Source of the DNA: a virus
Lineage: Duplodnaviria > Caudoviricetes
Strand: one strand, 5' to 3'
Length of the DNA: 52,942 nucleotides
Virus record (IMG/VR): IMGVR_UViG_3300033141_002397
Coordinates: 1-52,942 of that record
Shown in pieces: positions 47,208 through 52,942 of this stretch. A program made the position numbers and the translations under genes. Numbering within the stretch: position 1 is the first letter of the stretch; each line of letters starts with the position of its first letter. Below the pieces are notes generated by a model, which saw only the letters and a list, made by a program, of their open reading frames with translations, had not been told where the DNA came from and ran no database searches.

Positions 47208-48089
47208 ATGACTGTCGAAGAAAAAATAAATGTTTGGTCTGAATTAGGATTTTTATCGATTAAAAATGCAGGTGTGTTTCCAGTATCTGCAATAGACGGT
47301 ACTGCTGAAACTATAACATTAATTGGAGATTATTATTCTACATTTAAATCAGTAAGTACAGTCCAATGTAAAAACAGTGCAGAAGCTGATAATAATGGCA
47401 CAGATTTAACATTAACAGCAGTATCTTACAATAGCGGTAATACTTTACTAACAAGTTCAGCCGATCTTAAAACTGATTCTGGCGGTTGTGATGTAGAAAT
47501 CGCATCTTGGACTGATTTCCATTTTAAAACCGAAAGTATATCTATATCATTGCCTGAAAAAGGTGCATCATCTATACATAATGTTGCTGGTTGGACTCTT
47601 TGGAAATTCGATCCACTTTCAGAAGCTACTATTACTGTTGAAGCCTATCCGCTTACACTCGTTGAAGACGAAAAATCAATGATGCAATACGTATTTGGCT
47701 CTGAAGATATTGCACAAGACATATATTATGATGAATTTGTTTTCCATAGACGACATCAAGAATTTGATGTTCTTGTGTTATTTACCAGTGATACGACATT
47801 TTATGGCGGTTCTAAAGGCGCTGATGAAGCCACCGCTCAAGACGAAGCCGCATTCAGGTATATATTTCGCCGTTGTGTTATGACCAAATGTGATGTAGAC
47901 TATGGCGATAAAGTAATGAAAGTAACTTTTGAATTTAAATGTAAACCATACACAAAAGACGGGAAATTTAACATAATTTGTCAAAGTATAGATTATAACG
48001 GCAACGATGCAAATGCACATTTACCTGCAATTAATTTATCTGCATTACATGCTTTTGATACTAATAACATAGATAATAATTCGTGGTGA
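47208..48089 (+). CDS. Second tail-tube paralogue with inserted beta domain
   Basis: TESISISLP, EAY, AAFRY.F and F.FK..P motifs shared with 46596..47195. Confidence 0.7.
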   Translation: MTVEEKINVWSELGFLSIKNAGVFPVSAIDGTAETITLIGDYYSTFKSVSTVQCKNSAEADNNGTDLTLTAVSYNSGNTLLTSSADLKTDSGGCDVEIASWTDFHFKTESISISLPEKGASSIHNVAGWTLWKFDPLSEATITVEAYPLTLVEDEKSMMQYVFGSEDIAQDIYYDEFVFHRRHQEFDVLVLFTSDTTFYGGSKGADEATAQDEAAFRYIFRRCVMTKCDVDYGDKVMKVTFEFKCKPYTKDGKFNIICQSIDYNGNDANAHLPAINLSALHAFDTNNIDNNSW

Positions 48090-48094
48090 TTTAA

Positions 48095-48541
48095 ATGAGT
48101 TTAGAGAAATTTAAAATGCATCGCGGTGGAACTAAATCATTTAAATTATATAATGTAGACGGTATAGAAGAAGAATTTAAATTCTATCCGCTAAGAGTTA
48201 AGGATATACCTTTATTCTTTACTTCTTTGCTTTCAGTAATTAAAATCGATAAACAAGGTAATTATGATCTAAATTTAAACGGTTTAAATAACGAAGTCAT
48301 AAACGATTTAATAGAAATAATGCGTGAAACAGTAAAACGTGCATATCCACGTGGCGAACAAGAAGACAAAGAAGATTATAATAAAGCAATAGACGACTTC
48401 TGTGCATTTCATTTCGTTGATTTATTACAGATACTTATTGAACTATCAGGTATAACTATGCGCACGTCACGCGAAGATAAACTCAAACAATCAATTAAAC
48501 ATCAGCGCGAATTAATGAAACAAAAAGAAGCGAATAAATAA
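48095..48541 (+). CDS. Tail assembly chaperone
   Basis: Between tube and tape measure genes. Confidence 0.65.
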   Translation: MSLEKFKMHRGGTKSFKLYNVDGIEEEFKFYPLRVKDIPLFFTSLLSVIKIDKQGNYDLNLNGLNNEVINDLIEIMRETVKRAYPRGEQEDKEDYNKAIDDFCAFHFVDLLQILIELSGITMRTSREDKLKQSIKHQRELMKQKEANK

Positions 48542-48777
48542 TGGCTGCGCCACACGAGCTCTGGTTAAAAAAGCAAACTCGATTTGAAAAACCAGATTTC
48601 GAAGAGATAATAATTGAAATGCACGATGCATTAATGGCGGAATATGGTTGGATTCCTTTTGAGGAATTCTTTAATTTACCGTTTATAACTGTATTAAATC
48701 TTGCAGAAAAGATCGAAAAACGTAACAAAAAAATGGCTAAAGCATTAAAAGAAATCAATAATAAATTTAAAGGTTAA
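48541..48777 (+). CDS. Second tail assembly chaperone part
   Basis: EYGWIPFEEFFNLP motif; position. Confidence 0.6.
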   Translation: MAAPHELWLKKQTRFEKPDFEEIIIEMHDALMAEYGWIPFEEFFNLPFITVLNLAEKIEKRNKKMAKALKEINNKFKG

Positions 48778-48781
48778 TAAA

Positions 48782-50137
48782 ATGGCAGCAGATAATGAGG
48801 TTCCATTAGCAACTCTTTCAATTAAATTTAAAGCCGAAGACGAAAAAAAACTGAAAAAAGCACTTAAAGATGTTGCTAAAGACATAGATTTAGTAAATAC
48901 AAAAATAACTAAATCCGGAACTCAAACAAATAAAACTGGTCGAAGAATTACGGGTGCGTTATTATCAACCATGTTTCTCGTACGTTCGTTATCTATGTCA
49001 TTTAGTCAAATAACCAATCGAGTAATTGAACAATCTGGTGCTTTAGAATATTTTACAACCGTTTTAGAAGATATAGTTAGACCAGTTTTACAACCGTTTA
49101 TCGATATGTTTTATGATTTAACTGACGAATTAGATAATTCAAATGAAGGTTTTAAATCTATAGTTGGCGTTATTTTTGTATTTGGTTGGGCATTAGCAAC
49201 TATTTTAGCCGTCCTTATTCCATTTTTATTAGTATTAATGGGTGTAGATGCAATAATGAAAAGTGCATTAGTTATGAAATTTTTTGCATTAGCATCTGGA
49301 GTTATTGCTACAATAGCCCCATTTTTGATACTACTTGCGGCATTCACAGCTTTTTGGTTATTATTAGAAGACTTTACTTGGGATAATTTTTTTTGGGGCT
49401 TAAAAGAACTCGCCAAACCTTTAACAGATCCAATTAATAAATTAGGAAAAAAAATACATAAAATATTAGAAATGACTTATTGGCGAGCTCGTAAATTTTT
49501 TAGACTCGTAGGCAGAGCGACTTCAACTTATTTATCTTCTGTGGGTTCTAATACTAAAACTAAACTAAAAAATATATATAAATTCTTAACAACAGTAGGT
49601 AAAAAAGTAATAAAAAAGGCTAAAACAATATTTAAAAAACTAAAAAAACTGATTAAATCATTTTTTAAAGACGTTAAAGAAAAAGGTTTAAAAGTAGCCT
49701 TACAAAATATATATAAAAAATTAAAAAGTTTCATAAAAAAACTAAAAACAAAAATAGAAAAATGGATAAAACCAATAACTGATTCTATTAAAAATATTTG
49801 GAAAAAGATATTCCCTTCAAAAAAAGAAGAAAAAGATTTAGATAAAGCCGATGTTAAAGAAAAAAAAGGTGGTATACGTAGCTTAATTTCAAATTTATTA
49901 TCTAAATTCGGCAAAGTATTGGGTGGAGAACAATACGGCGGGTTTATACCTATCACTGGTTTATATAAATTACATGCTGGAGAACGTGTAGTTAACAATC
50001 ATTATTATAACACACAACGAATAGATATGAATAATAATGTAGCATCACATATGGATATTTCAAAAATAGCTTATGAATTAGAACGTTATTGGGGTTCGAG
50101 ATTCAGAGGTTTAGGTCGTACTGGAGAGTGGCGATAA
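48782..50137 (+). CDS. Tape measure protein (short)
   Basis: Helical, TM segments, GGFIPITGLYKLHAGERV C-terminal motif. Confidence 0.85.
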   Translation: MAADNEVPLATLSIKFKAEDEKKLKKALKDVAKDIDLVNTKITKSGTQTNKTGRRITGALLSTMFLVRSLSMSFSQITNRVIEQSGALEYFTTVLEDIVRPVLQPFIDMFYDLTDELDNSNEGFKSIVGVIFVFGWALATILAVLIPFLLVLMGVDAIMKSALVMKFFALASGVIATIAPFLILLAAFTAFWLLLEDFTWDNFFWGLKELAKPLTDPINKLGKKIHKILEMTYWRARKFFRLVGRATSTYLSSVGSNTKTKLKNIYKFLTTVGKKVIKKAKTIFKKLKKLIKSFFKDVKEKGLKVALQNIYKKLKSFIKKLKTKIEKWIKPITDSIKNIWKKIFPSKKEEKDLDKADVKEKKGGIRSLISNLLSKFGKVLGGEQYGGFIPITGLYKLHAGERVVNNHYYNTQRIDMNNNVASHMDISKIAYELERYWGSRFRGLGRTGEWR

Positions 50138-50599
50138 ATGGCAGATATAGTCAGAATAGAAAACGATGATGGAGATTTAATTAATATATATGCTGAAGAA
50201 GTAGTATATTCATTAAAGAAACGATTTGTAAGTATTAAATATACACCAAAACAAAAAAAGCACCAACCTCGAAATGGCGGAACTGCACATGAAGCTAAAA
50301 TCAAAGACAATCTCCAAATCGCAGAACAAATTACAATAAGAGGTTATTTAGAAAACGAATCTGATATAGTAAGCTTAAAAGAAGGCATGACTGAAGGCGG
50401 CCCATTACCTGCATTTACATGGCGTGACATAGTTAACGAAGCAGATTTGTGGTGGATTGAAGACTTGACATTTCGAGATATACCTAAAGACAAAGGCTCA
50501 AGTAACCAAGTTAATCGCGGTTATGGCGATGCCGTAAGCAACAAAGGCGAAAGTATAATCGAAATAAGTATCACATTAATAAGAGGTATAGAACGCTAA
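50138..50599 (+). CDS. Distal tail / hub-like protein
   Basis: Follows the tape measure gene; QITIRGYL. Confidence 0.55.
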   Translation: MADIVRIENDDGDLINIYAEEVVYSLKKRFVSIKYTPKQKKHQPRNGGTAHEAKIKDNLQIAEQITIRGYLENESDIVSLKEGMTEGGPLPAFTWRDIVNEADLWWIEDLTFRDIPKDKGSSNQVNRGYGDAVSNKGESIIEISITLIRGIER

Positions 50600-51177
50600 T
50601 GGTAGTCCCTATTGAAATTTATATTAATGTCGGAACTGATGCAAGCCCAGAGTATGTTCTTTTATCTGATCAGGATGGCACGTATAAAAAACTCTGGCTT
50701 TGTGGTGCGGGCTCTACCAAAAGCAGCCGCGTAGTTCCTGAAATACCTGGCTCTGGATCTACTATTGTGCCTGAACTTTGGGTTGCTGATGACCCATATG
50801 CCAACGGTCAGAAAGTTAATAATTATGACGGTACTGTAAATACTAACCAGTATATATTAAAAATAGTAGTAGGCTCATGTATTGCGTGTGTATTAGCAGT
50901 ATATGACGATAATACACATGGTTCTGCAACGGCGGATATGTTAATTGGGACTACAACATCAAGTAATACTTCGTTGTTCAAAGCAATCGATACAACATCT
51001 GGAGCGCCTGGTGCTGGGTGGACATCGGTAACCGATTCAACAACACAGCTACGGGACGGTAATGAATTAACACTTACGCCAAATACAACAAATTATCTTA
51101 ATTTTGTTGTATATCTCGTTAATGAACTTGATACAGTTAATGATGATGTTGTGCTTACTATGAAAATTACAACGTGA
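50599..51177 (+). CDS. Minor tail protein A
   Basis: Paralogue of the next gene. Confidence 0.65.
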   Translation: MVVPIEIYINVGTDASPEYVLLSDQDGTYKKLWLCGAGSTKSSRVVPEIPGSGSTIVPELWVADDPYANGQKVNNYDGTVNTNQYILKIVVGSCIACVLAVYDDNTHGSATADMLIGTTTSSNTSLFKAIDTTSGAPGAGWTSVTDSTTQLRDGNELTLTPNTTNYLNFVVYLVNELDTVNDDVVLTMKITT

Positions 51178-51182
51178 TATTA

Positions 51183-51767
51183 ATGGCTATAACTATATTT
51201 GTTAATGTTGGTACGGAAACTTCGCCGAGTTGGGTTGAGTTAACGTCATCAAAGAAGCTTTATATCTGTGACGAAAATAGCAATTCATCTTTGAGAAAAG
51301 TGCCTGACATTCCGCCAGAAGAGCAAAACGATATAGTTGTGCCTGAGTTGTGGATTGCCGATTCTACGGGTTGGACTAATGCGCAACAGATTGGTACCTA
51401 CGACGGCACAGTTAATACTAATCAATATATGTTTAAAGTGGTTTTAGATCAAGATTATAGCTCGGTTAAACTAAGTGTTTTCGATGATACTATACATGAT
51501 ACGCCTGCAACAAAACAAGCTTTAATAGGTACTTCGAGTTCAAACAATACTTCATTAATAAAAGCAATCGAAACTACTTCAGGTGCGCCTTCAGAGGATT
51601 GGACTTCTGTTACTGATGACATTTATGATTTAGAATCTGAAAATAATATGTTAACTATCGCAGATCCGACTTCTGGCGATAAATATTTAAATTTAGTTGT
51701 TTATTTGGTTGATGATCTTACGTATGTTGAAGATACATTTACGATAAGTATAATTGCAGAAATTTGA
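51183..51767 (+). CDS. Minor tail protein B
   Basis: Shares NVGT..SP, IVPELW.AD, YDGTVNTNQY, TSL.KAI.TTSGAP with A. Confidence 0.65.
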   Translation: MAITIFVNVGTETSPSWVELTSSKKLYICDENSNSSLRKVPDIPPEEQNDIVVPELWIADSTGWTNAQQIGTYDGTVNTNQYMFKVVLDQDYSSVKLSVFDDTIHDTPATKQALIGTSSSNNTSLIKAIETTSGAPSEDWTSVTDDIYDLESENNMLTIADPTSGDKYLNLVVYLVDDLTYVEDTFTISIIAEI

Positions 51768-51779
51768 TGGTGATAAAAA

Positions 51780-52942
51780 ATGACAAGCTATGATAACTCA
51801 AACGATATAGCAAATTCCGGTACAGTTATAGCTACTGGAGATAAAATATTATATACTCATGTATTGACACCAGTACAGAAAATTCAAGGTGAAGATGCAC
51901 TTGGGATTAATCCTGCACTTTTGTCTATTAATGATACTATAGTTATTACTAATTCACGAGTGCTTCAAGATGTTACTGCGGATACGTCTATAATTACATC
52001 TGGCACATTTGCAGATGCACGTATAAGCGAAACTTCAGTAACTCAACATCAAACTGCATTAAGTATCGCAACAACTCAACTTAAGGGTGACATGCCTGAT
52101 GCACGAATAGTTGTTACGAATGTTACTCAGCACGTTGCGTCAATTGATCATGATTCGTTACTTAATTTTTCTGCGGACGAACATTTTACTCAAGCCAATA
52201 TAACTACGGTTGGAATTATAAGCACTGGGACTTGGCAAGCGGATGTCATTGACCAAACTTATTTAGATACTGATTTAGTTTTAAAAGATGGTAGTCGAGC
52301 TTTTACTGGCACCGTTGCAGGTGTGACACCAACTTCAGGTAGCCATTTAGCGACCAAATCTTATGTTGATTCTATTGCGCAAGGTTTAGAATGGCAAGAT
52401 TCTGTATTAGACAGATATGATCCTAATGGCGGATTGCCTGGCACTCCATCAACTGGCGATAGATATATTTCAACTGCGACTGCTAATGGTTGGACTGATG
52501 AATATATTTATGAATATAATGGATCTTCGTGGGACGAGACTGTTCCAAACGAAGGCTATGCGTGTTGGGTTGAAGACGAAGACGTTTTATATGTTTATAA
52601 TGGCTCAAATAATTGGGTTAAATTTGGGGCTACAATTGATCACGATAATTTAATTAATGTTGGCACGAATACACATACGCAAATAGATTCACATATTTCA
52701 GGCACTGGCGCAGATCATTCATATATAGACCAAGATGTGACATCTGGTTCAGCACCTACATTTACCGCAGATAATTTCAGTGACGGTGGAACTAATGCAA
52801 TAATTACAACTACTCAAGAGACTAATTTTGAATCGGCTTATACACATGCGACTGGAAACGGTTCTGATCATAGCGATGTTGCTTTAAATACAACACACAG
52901 AACAAGTAATGGCTCAGATCATAGTTTTATAGATCAAGATGT
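51780..52942 (+). CDS. Tail fibre 5' part (continues through the junction), with DUF2793-like domain
   Basis: GGTGA SD; open frame to the window end; ATKSYVD..GLEWQDSV..PSTGDRYI...W...PNEG..CWVEDE; missed by the ORF track. Confidence 0.85.
   Translation, partial: MTSYDNSNDIANSGTVIATGDKILYTHVLTPVQKIQGEDALGINPALLSINDTIVITNSRVLQDVTADTSIITSGTFADARISETSVTQHQTALSIATTQLKGDMPDARIVVTNVTQHVASIDHDSLLNFSADEHFTQANITTVGIISTGTWQADVIDQTYLDTDLVLKDGSRAFTGTVAGVTPTSGSHLATKSYVDSIAQGLEWQDSVLDRYDPNGGLPGTPSTGDRYISTATANGWTDEYIYEYNGSSWDETVPNEGYACWVEDEDVLYVYNGSNNWVKFGATIDHDNLINVGTNTHTQIDSHISGTGADHSYIDQDVTSGSAPTFTADNFSDGGTNAIITTTQETNFESAYTHATGNGSDHSDVALNTTHRTSNGSDHSFIDQD
52829..52942. repeat. Terminal direct repeat, copy 2
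   Basis: Exact match to 1-114. Confidence 0.95.

Larger units (their letters stand above)
1..52942. mobile_element. Complete tailed virus genome (siphovirus-like), probable archaeal host
   Basis: TerL, portal, protease, capsid, neck, tail tube, tape measure and fibre in canonical order; terminal overlap; archaeal-type SD and BRE-TATA signals. Confidence 0.9.

Noticed and set aside
48500-48545. Programmed -1 frameshift between tail chaperone genes
   Set aside because: The -1 frame has a TAA at 48535-48537 just before the second ATG and no clear slippery heptamer; TAATG coupling suffices
1795-50310. Antisense and alternate-frame ORFs in the track (e.g. 1795, 4296, 6178, 10306, 10868, 28496, 32530, 49111, 49528)
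   Set aside because: They overlap well-supported genes, lack SDs and show shadow-frame composition
52417-52653. 78-aa + strand ORF
   Set aside because: Alternate frame within the long fibre gene starting at 51780
1-52942. Stop-codon reassignment
   Set aside because: Core genes are full length in the standard code and TAA, TGA and TAG all terminate genes

Overview
The window looks like the complete (circularly permuted) genome of an AT-rich tailed dsDNA virus (Caudoviricetes, siphovirus-type tail). Bases 1-114 are identical to 52829-52942, giving a unit length of 52,828 bp, and one tail-fibre ORF runs in frame across that junction. The host is most likely an archaeon: GGTGA/GAGGTGA ribosome-binding sites, BRE-TATA promoters, leaderless first genes, oligo-T terminators, Hjc, RHH, Cas4-like and MCM-like proteins, and no recognisable endolysin. 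The map is: tail end (1-6 kb); replication/recombination block (SSB-like, RecA-family ATPase, degenerate MCM-like ATPase, iteron array, Cas4-like nuclease; 6-12 kb); + strand accessory genes (phosphoesterase, Rnl2 RNA ligase, amino-MTase, many microproteins; 12-23 kb); a 1.2-kb non-coding convergence zone with a 38-bp perfect palindrome; - strand accessory block (Hjc, MazG-like, two more MTase-like genes, phosphoesterase, RHH; 24.5-34.7 kb); then RuvC, TerL, portal, a ligase-like head-module gene, protease/scaffold, capsid, neck and tail genes (34.8-52.9 kb). I saw no integrase, DNA polymerase, primase, tRNA or CRISPR array. The most unusual signals are the AAA-free palindromic zone, a candidate origin with inverted iterons around a G-quadruplex motif, a catalytically eroded DNA-ligase fold between portal and protease, several SD-led ORFs with near-cognate start codons, and stand-alone small RNA-like units. 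All protein calls come from motifs recognised by eye; no database search was run.
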